Counted from the first letter of the whole stretch, positions 23,591 to 36,849 are shown. The stretch is DNA of 63,691 nucleotides, filler included, from Dicyema japonicum (GCA_011109175.1; 10 parts of 10 records of this genome joined end to end with filler, not necessarily neighbours in it); one strand, 5' to 3'. Notes: generated by a model from the letters alone, not told the origin. Numbers and translations are program-made.

Positions 23591-26408
23591 TAGTATTTTA
23601 TTCAAAAACTCTAAAAAATAAATAAAAAATAAACATTTTAATTTTATTGACCTAAAAATTAAATTTTTATTTTTTTGACATAACCTAAAATTTTGACTTT
23701 TTTGAATATAACTTTTGATTTGTGCCGTGTGGTGATATGTGGCTACTTGATTGAAGATTTTTATTGCTTCCCTCTGGTGCCGTTTTTGGATCTACCATAC
23801 TCAGAAGACGCCAACTTCTGGTCAGCATCCAAAAGAATCCAACTATTGATTCCACGGGAAGACAATTTCGTTTCTTGGATACAAGTTCTGGAATCGACCT
23901 CAGCTTCCCAGACAACGTCCTCTGACTCACTGTTCTTAGATGAAGGCTCTGCTGGGACACTTCAGGATAAAGAAATTAGCTAGTTGTCTTACCCAGACTG
24001 AGTATGCAGTGATCTTCACTAAAGGAATCAATCTACAAAAAATAGAGGCTTTCTAGAATTTAGAAACGCTATAAGTGCGCTCTCTCATAAAAATCTGTCC
24101 ACGTGGCATAAAGACCCAAAGTTTACAGGAATAGTATCATCCTTTTTGAACCTTGAGGACTCAGATGGAGAACTCACCAAAACTACTATGTGAGCCTCGC
24201 CAGAGACATTCAGCTACCTGAAATCGAGATTTACGCTAAAAAATGAGAAAACAAGCAATGAAGAACCCAAACAAGGATGAACTTCTTTTGGGTCAATAAT
24301 ACTTGAGGACTCAGATGGAGAACTCACCAAAACTACTATGTGAGCCTCGCCAGAGACATTCAGCTACCTGAAATCGAGATTTACGTTAAAAAATGAGAAA
24401 ACAAGCAATGAAGAACCCAAACAAGGATGAACTTCTTTTGGGTCAATAATAGAGCTCAGACCGCCACTAGTAAAAATCAAAGGCATTTTAATGATTTTGA
24501 TTAATATTGGAGTTGGCATCATTCTAAGTGTGAGACAGAAATACCATGTCAACGACTTCATGACTGAATAGAGTGAATGATCTCCTTTGAGTCAAGTAAT
24601 GGAGCAGAAAAGCTCGGAAATTGATGAGAAAATACTCAAAATTGAATTTCTAAGCAGATTACAAAGAATGGTAGGAAAACGAGTTTTGAAGAGATCTTTG
24701 AAAAGACAACCAAGTCAATTAAAGTTTAATGATGACGAATCTGAACTTGGTAAAAAGGCAGAGACTTTAAATAAATCAACTCCTTCAATTTTTACAAACA
24801 TTTTTAGCCAACGAACAAAAAATATTATGTCCACCAACGGATTTACTGGAGAGCTCTTGAGTCTGTCGCATACAAAGTAGAACTGACTTCAACCACTCCA
24901 ACNNNNNNNNNNNNNNNNNNNNNNNNNNNNNNNNNNNNNNNNNNNNNNNNNNNNNNNNNNNNNNNNNNNNNNNNNNNNNNNNNNNNNNNNNNNNNNNNNN
25001 NNNNNNNNNNNNNNNNNNNNNNNNNNNNNNNNNNNNNNNNNNNNNNNNNNNNNNNNNNNNNNNNNNNNNNNNNNNNNNNNNNNNNNNNNNNNNNNNNNNN
25101 NNNNNNNNNNNNNNNNNNNNNNNNNNNNNNNNNNNNNNNNNNNNNNNNNNNNNNNNNNNNNNNNNNNNNNNNNNNNNNNNNNNNNNNNNNNNNNNNNNNN
25201 NNNNNNNNNNNNNNNNNNNNNNNNNNNNNNNNNNNNNNNNNNNNNNNNNNNNNNNNNNNNNNNNNNNNNNNNNNNNNNNNNNNNNNNNNNNNNNNNNNNN
25301 NNNNNNNNNNNNNNNNNNNNNNNNNNNNNNNNNNNNNNNNNNNNNNNNNNNNNNNNNNNNNNNNNGCGACAAGCAACTTAAAAAGAACCTTCTAGAATTC
25401 TGGTTACCAGCCATTTGTATTCCGTGTTTCCCGAGTTCGAGAATGCTGAATGAAAACTTCACTTTATAATATTCTTAAACATCAAAGCATGTGACCACCT
25501 CGTCTCCAATTGTATTCAAACAATTTTTGGATTTATTCTTTGTTGAAAGATGGGGTCCTGACTTCCCACTATACTGTCGCAAATGGAATCAACATTGATA
25601 GTTGAGGTTCGCATGTCTTCCTAAGAAAAACCCTATCCAAAGACTAGTTTTACCACAAAATTCATTTTGGAAGTACAACTCAATTCTGCGAGATTTCAAT
25701 TCAGTTGAGGGCATAAGGACCCATATTGATTTTTTAGAAGTTTTCAGTTCTCGTATCTCAAAATCCTTATCAAATGAACTTGGCACCACTTAAAAAATGA
25801 ACCGCAGTTTCTTAATAGAGACTGAGGCCTCTCATCAATTACTTTGAAGGATTTCCAGTTTTCACTTTCTGACTACATTTTAACAAAAACTCGAATTTTC
25901 ATTAAGAGAATTGATCGCAAGAGGTTCCTTCAAAAAACATGATAATTTTTCAGCTCTGAGAAGTGGGTTAGAGCTCTTTAACGTATTAATCCATGGATTG
26001 TCTTTACTGAATTATCAATTTCACAACGGATTAGCTTTATCCTTGAAATTAGTTTTTCAAAAAAATCTAAGCTCAAATCCTCGGCTTTTAATCCGATAAT
26101 TCGAGAATGATACCAATTCAAGCTCTTCTGTTTGTACTCCTAATATGGTTCTTCGTTGTTCCCTAGTGGTAAGAAAATCTCATCTACGGAAGAAAGCGAG
26201 GACAAGTGAAAATGAGAGATTATTTAAATATTATTAAATAAATATAAAAGGCAAAATGTTACCCCCATGATCATAATGGCAGTACTTTGGAAGTGCTATT
26301 TCGTCATTCTGCGTTTACTCTTCAGTGTTCCTGCAAATCATCAGATCGTTAAGGCAAACATTAATATTAAATTATTGTGTTATTATAAATCACTTTATTA
26401 TTTTTAGA

Positions 26409-27236
26409 ATGGCGAACCTAAATTTAAAATTTAATATAAAATTTGTTTCATTAATGTACGGCAAGTTATTTGCAATTTTAGTGATTATTATTTTTTTGAA
26501 AATATCCTTCAATAAAAGCATCAAGGAATTTAAGAATTTAAAAAATATTGAATTCCTGGATAAAAATCCAAGATTTTTTCTTGTTCCCAACGAATTTCTA
26601 TATTGTAAAATTCCCAAAGTTGGGTCTACAACAATGATGAAATTGATTTACACTAGATATTTGGAAAAGACTTACCCAGGAAGGAAAATAGAATTACCAG
26701 AAGATGTTCATAGAACTAGCCTTCACATTGATTTCTCACAAGTGAAATATATTAATTCCCAAAGCGAAATCCCCAAATATATTATAATCAGGCATCCAGC
26801 GGAGAGATTAGTTTCATCATACCAAAACAAAATTCTCATGGAAATAAACATGCATCTGAATGCGCGTATGATTGTTAATGATATAACTGGGAATCCGAAT
26901 GGTTATATTACATTCGAACAATTTCTCTCTTATTTAATTGATCGAAGAAGCTATTCCTCACAATTTGACGAGCATTGGAGACCAATGACGGAACTATGTC
27001 TTGTGGAGTTCATTGAATACGAGTACATTCACCTAAAGGACTTGAACGAATTTATTAACAAGTTACAGGAGAAATACACTTTTTCGGATAAAAGACATTC
27101 TTTGATGGGAAAAGCCATAAAGCAAAATTCGAATGCTGAAAAATATTTTGGAAATTTAACCAAGAAAATGAAATTAGATTTCTACAATATTTACAAAAAA
27201 GATCATCAACTTTTTGGATTTACTCCTTACTTATGA
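26409..27236 (+). CDS. Golgi-type carbohydrate sulfotransferase (Sulfotransfer_2; CHST11/HNK-1ST-like), 275 aa, uninterrupted
   Basis: N-terminal TM (LFAILVIIIFLKI), 5'-PSB CKIPKVGSTT, 3'-PB IIRHPAERLVSSY, DEHWRP..LC, C-terminal YKKDHQLFGF. ATG 26409 is preferred over the track's alternative start at 26325. Confidence 0.9.
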   Translation: MANLNLKFNIKFVSLMYGKLFAILVIIIFLKISFNKSIKEFKNLKNIEFLDKNPRFFLVPNEFLYCKIPKVGSTTMMKLIYTRYLEKTYPGRKIELPEDVHRTSLHIDFSQVKYINSQSEIPKYIIIRHPAERLVSSYQNKILMEINMHLNARMIVNDITGNPNGYITFEQFLSYLIDRRSYSSQFDEHWRPMTELCLVEFIEYEYIHLKDLNEFINKLQEKYTFSDKRHSLMGKAIKQNSNAEKYFGNLTKKMKLDFYNIYKKDHQLFGFTPYL

Positions 27237-30200
27237 AAAGTTAATCCAAACTACTTAATGTCTTTATTTATTACTAATATAAGGGATTAATGTATATTGA
27301 TTAATGTATATATGCATTTGTAAGTTGTGTTTATAATATTCCCCAATATTGATTGATAATACATTTGGTGTACACTATCCTTGACTACCAGCAAAACGTC
27401 TACTCGGTTTCACTGCAATCATGAAGTACCTGGTTGTCCCGGTCGTTGAAGCTATGAAGGTGTTGTCAGCATAAAAAGAATATCATTTAAATTGTCGGTG
27501 ACTAAAAATATTAAATTTAATAAGATTTACGTAATTTAGAGTTTTTTTAATTTCACTTTTTTGATGAATTAAGTTTTAATTGTTTATCCCCAAAGAGTTG
27601 GACCCCACGTGGCTAAGTTGTTAGGATTTCAATGTTCCAGAGTTAGATTCTTCCCTAAACTCAGGTCTTTCATACGATAAGCCTCTTACTCGGATAAGAT
27701 TTGACACAATTCTATTATTAGGGCAATTTGTTGACTTTATAAATCCAAAAATTTAACCTAAAATTTACTTTATTGCCTTTAAAATTCGAATTTTTGGCAT
27801 TTTTTNNNNNNNNNNNNNNNNNNNNNNNNNNNNNNNNNNNNNNNNNNNNTTAATTAATTAANNNNNNNNNNNNNNNNNNNNNNNNNNNNNNNNNNNNNNN
27901 NNNNNTAATTACTTTGAGAATAACCCATTATTGTGGGATATTCTCAGATCATGTGGTTTCATGTGTTCTCAAGTCTTGTGGTTTTTTTCCCTCATTCAAA
28001 ATTAGCTAAGATTAAACAGTCAGCACTTAATGATTTTTGAATATACTGTAACATTATTAGCACATTCTAGAATTAAAATTCAAATTATGGCTCCACCGTT
28101 CTTCTTTAAAACAGACATGTCCGAATACCTCCAAATTTGGAGGAGGCAAGATTCAAACTCTAAGCATTATGCGTCCGACGTTTATTAGTTCAGAATACTC
28201 GCATATTCGATACCTCTCCACTCTATTATTTGTCCGTCCACCTAAAAGTTAAACATAGGAAATCCATCAAGATGAGAAGGTGCGTCCAATAGAAGCCACT
28301 ACCTAACCTTCTTGTCAATTAATCACTTTGCTAACAATAGAATCATATTATGTCACGAGTCTAGGGTGTTACCGAGCCTAGATGGTTACACTTATGGACT
28401 TAGAATAACCCATAAACTAAAAAAGTCATTAGAGAGTTTACTGTATTAATATGCTTACTTACTCCTTTAATTTACTCCTTTAATCAAATTAGAAAACACA
28501 CTTTTTTAGTGGGACCAGTCTAGATTTATTAATTTAATAAAAACACCTTTTTGTTAGCAGATCTATTGAAATAATACATAAAAATAATAAGAATTTAATT
28601 ATACATGTAATTTTATAAGCAAATATTTACTATCTTCCACCACTCTAGTTACCTCGGACAACATAAAAATAATAAGAATTTAATTATACATGTAATTTTA
28701 TATGCAAATATTTACTATCTTCCACCACTCTAGTTACCTCGGACAAATGCCTCAAAAGATGTAGCGTGGATCTATTGCTGGACAACGAAAAAATCTTTTA
28801 TGAAAGTTGATAACACCCTATGTCGAGCTGCGAACATCAGAATGCACATCGCAATGATGAACAATATTCTACCATGTCACTTTGACCACCTAATCAAGCA
28901 AAAGGCAAAAATTTCTTAACCTTAACCCTCCAGCAGGACCTGTCGTCAACAGTCCGATCTGTGTCAAGCAGTTTCCAGATTCCCAATTGGTTTTCTAACG
29001 AACATTGTCCCCCCGTACCATGTTGTGCTGGGTCTAAAGCATCACATCGGGAGAAGCTGAGAAAGCTTATAAAGTTTGTCGGGATACCATAATTAATTTC
29101 AAGAGATAACCATTGGTGATTTTGGGTTAATAATACTAATAATTAGTATTATAGGTCTTCTAGCTAGTTTCTAAGTTTTTGCAAACAAACCTCTATAACT
29201 TTTGAATACATTTCTCCCCCACATTGACTCGAACAGTAATTCAGCCTTTTTCTTCCAATCTGCTGTTGTGTATATATTAGGTGATCAAATTGATCCCTCT
29301 ATGTTCGGGATCTCAGTAATATAGTAATTGATTTCACACAAAAATTATCAAGTGTGTTTCACTTTAGTAAAGTTAATAAATTCTGCATTTTAGAAATAGT
29401 CAAGATTGTAATTAATGTTGTCGTTCGTGACTAGATTATCTGTGGATTCGATTTCCCAACCGTCACTTATCATGTCGCAGGTTTTCGCTCGGCTCTGAGA
29501 CCCCCAATGCCTAATCGTCATCTAAAATAGATTCCTACACCAGTGGAAGTATCCCATGATGGTGGATACTTAGAAAAGACTTGATTCATTAAAAGGATGC
29601 AAGCGGATGTATCAAATGCCGGTCGCTTTCATAGATCGGTCATTCTTGCCATTTTAGACAAACATTGTAGCAATTCAGGAAATTCAAATAGGCGGTTTGG
29701 TGTCGATACTCTTAGGTATTTGAGATATTAAAAATAATAAAAAATCTAAAAAATTAACAACCATAATCAAATTAATTTTCATTTTGTAGAACTTTACAAT
29801 TTCTTATGCCAAACAAGCTTGAATTCCGAAAGCATATGAAAATCTGTAATGACTGTGGTCATAAGTGAATAAATGATATCACAGTTTAAGACCCCACGTG
29901 ATGATGTTTCATAAATATTTTGGTATTATTGAACAAATTATTAAATTTTATGACAAAAATCCCGATAACAAATCCGTCGAAGTGAAGATAAAAGTCAAGA
30001 ATCCTGCCTCCTTTTCATACCTGGGGCATATCCATGTTAATTCGAAAGTACTCATGGGACTAGGTTGCGATTAGACTGCAGTAGTAACCGTGATTGAGGA
30101 GAATATGATTATGCAAAAATAAAAAACCAGTCTAGGATGACAGTTGATAAAACACGAATTGTTGATAAACTGTTTGCGTATATGAAAAAGGGAATGAAAG

Positions 30201-30319
30201 CAATCCTCAGTANNNNNNNNNNNNNNNNNNNNNNNNNNNNNNNNNNNNNNNNNNNNTTAATTAATTAANNNNNNNNNNNNNNNNNNNNNNNNNNNNNNNN
30301 NNNNNNNNNNNNCAATTGT

Positions 30320-30680
30320 CAGATCATTTGACATCTGTTGAAAGGGATCCCAACCTTGTTTAACTTCAAGGTGACTGTCTTCATTCCCATTTTTTGTCAG
30401 AAATAAAAAGGTACGTAGACAACTTCTCTGCATTCATTATGAGCTGGTTTTCCATTATCCAGACATTAACCCGGTCCAGGTTAACTTTTATTCTTTCTGT
30501 GGCCTTCTGGATATCCCGATCTCGCGAAGCCAACTCAACATCATCAGCATAGAAGAGTAGAACATCATCATATTCATGAGCCGAGAAATCAGACAGAGAA
30601 GTTAAACAAGCAGGAGATAAAGGAGATCCTTGATGGACTCCGTTTGGTAGGAGACGTGATATGGATTTCAGTCACTTGGT
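30320..30680 (-). mobile_element. Jockey/I-like LINE RT fragment
   Basis: NGVHQGSPLSP...LFYADDVELAS...N.EK. Confidence 0.75.
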
Positions 30681-31584
30681 CAGAAAAAATCCCAAAAACA
30701 TACCACAACAGAATAATTCGAATAAACATTCAAAATTACCGAAAAATAAATGGAAACAATTGTTAGATGTGCTTATAGGATTGGCTGGAAGTTTATGAGC
30801 TTTATATAAAGATCCGGGAACTGCTTTAATTATACTCCCTCAAGAGAAAGGATACTCGCTCGCCTGGAGAAAACATCCGAGCGGCGATAAAAATATCTCT
30901 GGGAAGGAAATTGCATGAAAGCCTAACTGAGGAAGAGAATAGCATTGTCAGGGCAGTAAAGATAGATATCCAAGTCAGGTTGGGTAACCAGCTATACAAT
31001 GTGGATTGGAAATATTGAGAAATAGACATACTAAGGGGACGACTAAAATGGAGATGGGATACATGTGAAGTATCCAGGCCGCAAAGACGGATACGATTAA
31101 AAATTCCTTAAACTAACTCCTTAATTACTCGTTGAATAAATTGGTTCTGTTCTTCGTTCGTTATTTTATAGTCACAGAATAGGAGCACTTTACTGCTACA
31201 TAAAAATAAATAAAATAAATAGTCAGAAAAATTTTCATAAAATGCGGACAGGATAGATGGAGTTACAACAAATTAAAATATACGATAAATCGAATACTAA
31301 ACAAGTTAAAAGAAAACTATCAGAAATATAAAAATCAATATTGATTGAAACCGATAAAAAAGGAATCTTCTATATAAATCAATAAACATATAAACCAATA
31401 TAAAAGAAAAGTCTTCAATATAAACGCTGCAATCCTTGAACAAAAAAATAAAAGACTGTCTAAAAGAGGACGAAAACAAGCTCTTAGAACCGATTAGCAA
31501 GATTGTGGAGGATCGGATCAATGGTTTCAGGAGGAAATCAAAGGTCCAGTACAAGTATATAGAGCTGGGAGAAACTGCCTGAAA

Positions 31585-31895
31585 AAAATCTTCAACATAA
31601 AAAATCAATAATCATTGAAACAGATATAAAAGGAAAATCTTCAATATAAAAAATCAATAATCATTGAAACAGATATAAAAGAAAAATCTTCAATATAAAA
31701 AATCAATAATCATTAAAACATATATGAAAAACATCTTCGATATAAAAAATCAATAATCATTGAAACAGATATAAAAGGAAAATCTTCAATATAAAAAATC
31801 AATAATCATTGAAACAGATATAAAAAAATCTTCAATATAAAAAATCAATAATCATTGAAACAGATATGAAAAAAATCTTCAATATAAAAAATCAA
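31585..31895 (+). repeat. Minisatellite, about 45-bp unit, about 7 copies
   Basis: Unit AAAATCTTCAATATAAAAAATCAATAATCATTGAAACAGATATA(A). Confidence 0.9.
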
Positions 31896-31939
31896 CATTG
31901 ATTAAACTAATATATAATCTTTCAATTTAATGTATATAT

Positions 31940-32148
31940 GTGAAATGTATATCCAAACGTTAGTATTGAGAAAGACGTTGGAGAGCATGCAAGCAGAAGA
32001 TAGACATGGAGTATCGATACCTGATGAGGAGGAAGCTGATAAGGAATGTCGACCTAGGGGAGTCTCGGAATGTGGGTTGTGCGACAACGAAAACACACCT
32101 ATACTGACAATTGACGTTGGCCCCAAGAAGAGGAGATTAGCTAATTAA
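31940..32148 (+). mobile_element. R4-like 3' end fragment
   Basis: YIQTLVLRKTLESMQ matches YIQSHVIRKTLESMR (52.47 kb) and YLQSTVLKRT (3.8 kb). Confidence 0.6.
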
Positions 32149-32544
32149 TTAATTACTTGTGACTCGTTGTTTCGTTAAATTAATTTAATAATTTTACATT
32201 GTGAAATGTATATTATGGTCTGAGAATAATCGAACACATGGCACAAGCAAAGCCATAAACACTGTTTACATGCAACGCGGACGTGAATTAACTGACAATG
32301 ATTAGTCCAAGAATAAGCCAAATTTCAGAAATTGGCAAAATGCTAGTCCATCGAACATTTTGTCAATGCCATTAAGCACTAATCAAAGATCAGATACATA
32401 ATATTGAAGTATACCTCTAATGGATCTAAGATATAATAATAAATACCTCTGAGAAATCTAAGATGTGTGATTTTTGAATATATCTCTGTAGAACTAATAA
32501 ATAATCTTTTTGAAGGATAAATAAGGGTTAAACAACAACAAAAA

Positions 32545-32700
32545 GGACACAACAGGGACACAACAGGGACACCACAGGAACACAACAGGAACACAACAGA
32601 TACACAACAGATACACAACAGATACACAACAGATACACAACAGATACACAACAGATACACAACAGATACACAACAGATACACAACATATACACAACAAGC
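32545..32700 (+). repeat. 11-bp tandem repeat (ACACAACAGAT)n, degenerate at the left
   Basis: Directly visible; produces spurious Cys/Val-rich minus-strand ORFs. Confidence 0.9.
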
Positions 32701-32919
32701 ACAAAACAAACACGTTGTTCGCCACATGTATTCAATATTAATTCCTGAGACTACGGTTGGTTTACCATATTAAAATAAATTTATTATAAAATTTTAAATT
32801 TATTTATAACTTAAAATGGACACGTGTTCTTATGGTCTAAACTGCAATCAGTCGACAGACATTTGTTTAATTGTTAAAAAAAAATTTTTAATTTTATTTA
32901 AAAAGTTTTTTTAAGACAA

Positions 32920-33420
32920 TAAGGAAGCCAGCTGCGTGGATCGCAAACGAGTTCCCTTGGAGTATGGCCATCCAATTTTTTGTCTCAACCAGAACCATTC
33001 TCTTTGATCATTTTTCTTTCTGGCAAGCAATCCTCCCAGTTCTTGCAAGAATTCAGCCGTCATTGGACGAACGGCTCCTGATGACTCGACTGCGACAGGT
33101 GTAAATTGGTTCCCCGAGACAAGAATATTTCTTGATTTTTAGGTTCTCCGCAGTCGAAGCAGCTGCTCCAGGTGTCTGAACCGATTTGAAAAGATTCGTG
33201 CTTGAATATGTGTCAACACAAGTTGCGTCCCAGACCAGATCTTCCGGATGTGTAAGGGAAAAAAGTCATCCTGTTAGGTCTCATTCCATCTTCTTGATCG
33301 AAACCCTGACATCTCAAGAATCCTGGCCCTGGACAAACAAATGATCCGGTAATTTCTTCTTTTATGAACTTCGGCTGGTTAGAAGTATACTTAGTATCTG
33401 ACGCTGAAGCGCCCAAATTT
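32920..33420 (-). mobile_element. CRE-like RLE / 3' end fragment
   Basis: DGMRPNRMTFFPYTSGR, WDATCVDTYS, KIKKY, AILQGNSFAIHAAGFL. Confidence 0.8.
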
Positions 33421-33559
33421 GTCGGAGACTACGTATCAACACGTGTAGCATCTCAAAGATGCCCTAATAACTCAAAATTGTTAATCAGTCATATAGTCTA
33501 CCTTCATCTTTACTTTTCGGGGACTACCTAATCTCTTTTTCTATCGGAGTGTCGATCGG

Positions 33560-33870
33560 AGTGAAACAAGGAAATCTCTTTGGATCCTTGTTGTTCTGTC
33601 TTGCAATCGAGAGCATCACCAAACTTCCGCGCTTGCCCCTCAATCTGTGGAATCTGGATGACGCGGTTCTCTGAACATCCCCAGATACTGTCTCTCAGGA
33701 TTTGGAGGTGATATTTCTATCCTTTCGGTGACTATCTTTTTGAAGCCAGAAATCCTCTTGTCTTGACAACAACACCTGCACCGACACATTCACCGCTTAG
33801 AACCTACATCAAAGTGCCTCTGGAGCCTGTTCTGTCGCCGAGAAGATCGAGAGGTCAAAAGGGGCAAATA
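33560..33870 (+). mobile_element. CRE-like RT and RLE fragments
   Basis: GVKQGNLFGSLLFCLAI...LNLWNLDD, then CTDTFTA*NLHQSASGA. Confidence 0.65.
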
Positions 33871-34299
33871 ACGTGGTCCTACGCAAGATATTTTGTTTGT
33901 TTTGCTCGCAGTTAAAACCTCTGGTTCACTTACGCCAGCGACTTTGGAATTCTGAGTTGTCTAGTATAGGGTCGGCAAATACTTTTGGAGAAGATCGAAT
34001 TTTTGACATTTTTGGAAATTACGAAAAATTGAAAAGGCACCTTATATTTTCCTGACTAATGAGGCATTTTGGTAGTTACTTTGAGTTAAAAGTGAATGCG
34101 AAAGGAGATATGAGATTACTAGAGAAAAAAATACAACTCATACGTTTAAAAAAGCCTTAGTCGATAAAATACAATTATTAACCCCAGATTCACTAGCTTG
34201 TAGAAAACTGGCAACCGTCAAAAACGATTTGTCAAGAGAGGATCTTTTAGAGATCTATCCACTTCAGTTAGAGTCATAGTATCAGTGCAAAAAATCATG

Positions 34300-35070
34300 G
34301 ACAACTCCACATCTCAGGTGTGCAAGCTACACTCTGACAAGCCTCGAAAAAGCAGTAATGAAGCGCTAATCTCAGAAGGTCTGCGCTCCAGTATCTTATT
34401 CCCTTTGGGATCATATGGTACGCATAGATACAATTCATGTACACTCTTGGTCCAAGTTTAATATTTTGCCGAAGGTGGTTTTTCATGAGTGTTCCCTGGA
34501 GGGCAGTGAAGGTTATTCGATGTGTCTGCAGTTAGTGAATTCTAGTGATATTTCTCTAAGATTTAGGCTCTTCGCACATGTTCTCCAAAAGAGAAGAGTG
34601 CATTATTCATTCTGTTTTGGACGTTCACTTTTGGGTGGTCTCTATTTTGGTAGTGCTGTGTTGTATGGAATGCAAATTCAGTCAGATGATCTCTTCGATG
34701 GAAGAGATGATAAGTGCTGACTCCTTAATTGTTATTGGATCTGTAGTCCTCTGATTTATTTTTAGTTTCAAGAAATCTTTGAGAATTTTCTTAGACCTAA
34801 TATTCACTAGTTGTCGGACGCTGGTCCTTCCTCCCATTGACTTCTCTGGAGTTGGATTCTATGCTCTTTATGATTCGACATCTTGTACTCTTCGGACATC
34901 AAGAGGTTATACAACATGATTTATACGTACGTTTTTGTTGTAGATTACTTTAATCGTTTTTTTCGTTTTAATACAAGTCATCTCTCTGAGAGATCTCATT
35001 CTCAGTGAAGAAGCCATTATGGACGACGATATCGAGGAATGGGTTCATCGGTTATTGGACGGTCTGATTT
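34300..35070 (-). mobile_element. Possible degenerate Penelope-like element
   Basis: PFLDIVVH, CPKSTRCRIIKS, ICIPYNTAL and RTCAKS occur in the order expected for PLE RT thumb to GIY-YIG. Heavily disrupted. Confidence 0.4.
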
Positions 35071-35203
35071 ACTTGGTTTTTTAATTTTTTTACTTTTGGG
35101 GTTTTGTATTATTACTAGGGCAATTTTTGTCAATAAAGTCAAAAATTCATATGCTCTTTAAGATTTAATTTTTATTTTTTTAATTTATAACAATAAAATC
35201 GTT

Positions 35204-36024
35204 CTAAAGTCCAGCGGATATGATCGAGTGGCTGTTACCTCTGACTACTGCCAGGGATATCCTTTGGAAAAGCCACTCGGTTTCCCGACGCTCCCTCGAG
35301 GCTTTGGTCAATAGACACCCAAGTGCTCTAAGGAAAGAGACCGTCTTGGGGCCAAAGACTCCGCTCGTCTCGACGACCACTGGCTGTACATGGAAACGGT
35401 TTAGGAGGCTGCTGTATTTCTTTATTTTTGAGTTTTCATATAAACGGGCGGCCTCTCCCGCTTTCATTGCCGACCTCAAAAGTTTCGACTGGGAAAAGCT
35501 GTCAGTACAGGCAGCATCCCAAATTAAGCATTTGCCCCGAGAGAAGGGGAAGACAGTAATTCCATCGGGTCGCTTCCCATCATCCCTACTCAAGCCCGTT
35601 AGCTCTAGAATGGATGGGTATCCGCCAACTCGAGGGCGCGCTTCACCACTTCATTTATAGCCTTGTGTCTAGCGAATCGACCTGCGCTTTTTCGACAAGA
35701 AAGGGCATGATGTCCATAGCAGTCGACCTTCCGGCCGCATCGGCACTCATGGGGACAAACTTTCAATCCAAGTCTGATGGAGACTCCGGTGCGGACCGTT
35801 TCATCGTCTAGGTGAGTTCCCACGTTTCAATGGGTAGGGCATTGATCCAAGCCCCACTCCACTCGCATCTTGCAGTTAAAAGACAGGCTCGTTAGATATT
35901 TTCAGAAGCCTCTCGTATTTATCCTCGCAAACAGACTCATAAAGATCTCTCTGTCCGAGTTGTTTGACTTTAGGGTGTACCAAATCTTCGATCTTTGACG
36001 ACTCTGATGGGAGCTGGAGAATCA
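35204..36024 (-). mobile_element. CRE-clade retrotransposon 3' region
   Basis: CRCGRKVDCYGHHALSCRKSAGRFARHKAINEVV; DGKRPDGITVFP..WDAACTDSF..KIKKY..ETSGV..RISLAVVRGN. Confidence 0.9.
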
Positions 36025-36849
36025 NNNNNNNNNNNNNNNNNNNNNNNNNNNNNNNNNNNNNNNNNNNNTTAATTAATTAANNNNNNNNNNNNNNNNNNNN
36101 NNNNNNNNNNNNNNNNNNNNNNNNAACAATTTCTCATTTATTTGTATGTTGTCTTGAATTACAGTCTGATACATAGTCAGAGGTGGATAAAATATTAGGT
36201 TTCATTCATAATTTTGTTGAAATCTTCAATACATAACAGTAATGAATCAGTGGGAAATTTACTGTCAAATATCTCCGAAAGAGAATTAGAATATTTTTAA
36301 CAGAACAGGTTTTATTTATAGCATTAGGCATTTTAATGAGAATGGTATTGCTTCGTAACTTGATTTTATTTAAAGAAAAATAAAAAATATTTATAAGAAT
36401 TTTCAATTAACTTGTGGATGAGTAAGAAGTCATATATTAAACTCTAGCACTGAGTTTTATGGTGGGTATTATTTCCCAGCCATTTTCTGCCAAACAGACG
36501 ACACTAAAAATGAAAATGACATCAATTCAAATTAATAGAATTTCCATTTTCGTCAAGTCGTGAGGATTTCGAGGCCAAGGAAAACCGAGTTAAGGATCCA
36601 CTATTTTTTAAAATAAATTGTAAAAAATACCGAATATCATGTTTATAGGGAGCAGTCGAATATAAATAGATTTATTGATTTTAGGAAAATCCATGATTAT
36701 CGAGTATGTTATTTCCCATCATACTTCTTGTTTTATGATCAATAAATATATTATTTCTGTATTATTTTTAACTAGTATTTGAATGCAGTCTCACATAGTG
36801 GAGTGATTGAGCTGATATTTCACTAATTTACGAGTTTAATGCCTCCATT

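Noticed and set aside
24200-24600. In-frame TGA stops suggesting codon reassignment
   Set aside because: TGA ends the sulfotransferase, lectin and microprotein genes normally; micro-introns or wrong strand explain these stops.
24785-25462. Long ORFs spanning N runs (also 9011-9284, 11801-12537, 40197-40769)
   Set aside because: Length comes from X codons. 11801-12523 artificially joins a Tc1 transposase to a CRE element.
28260-28330. pogo DDE_1-like LLLDAPSH on the minus strand
   Set aside because: Isolated 8-aa match amid stops.
28922-28945. TTAA+CCCT piggyBac-like terminus
   Set aside because: No matching opposite end or transposase nearby.
31585-31895. CRISPR-like array
   Set aside because: Contiguous units with no unique spacers, no cas genes, eukaryotic context.
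32021-32028. CTGATGAG hammerhead core
   Set aside because: No flanking stems or GAAA partner; it lies in R4 coding sequence (PDEEE).
32379-32735. Cys-rich repetitive ORFs (CICCVSVVYLL)n
   Set aside because: Translation of an 11-bp tandem repeat in all three frames.
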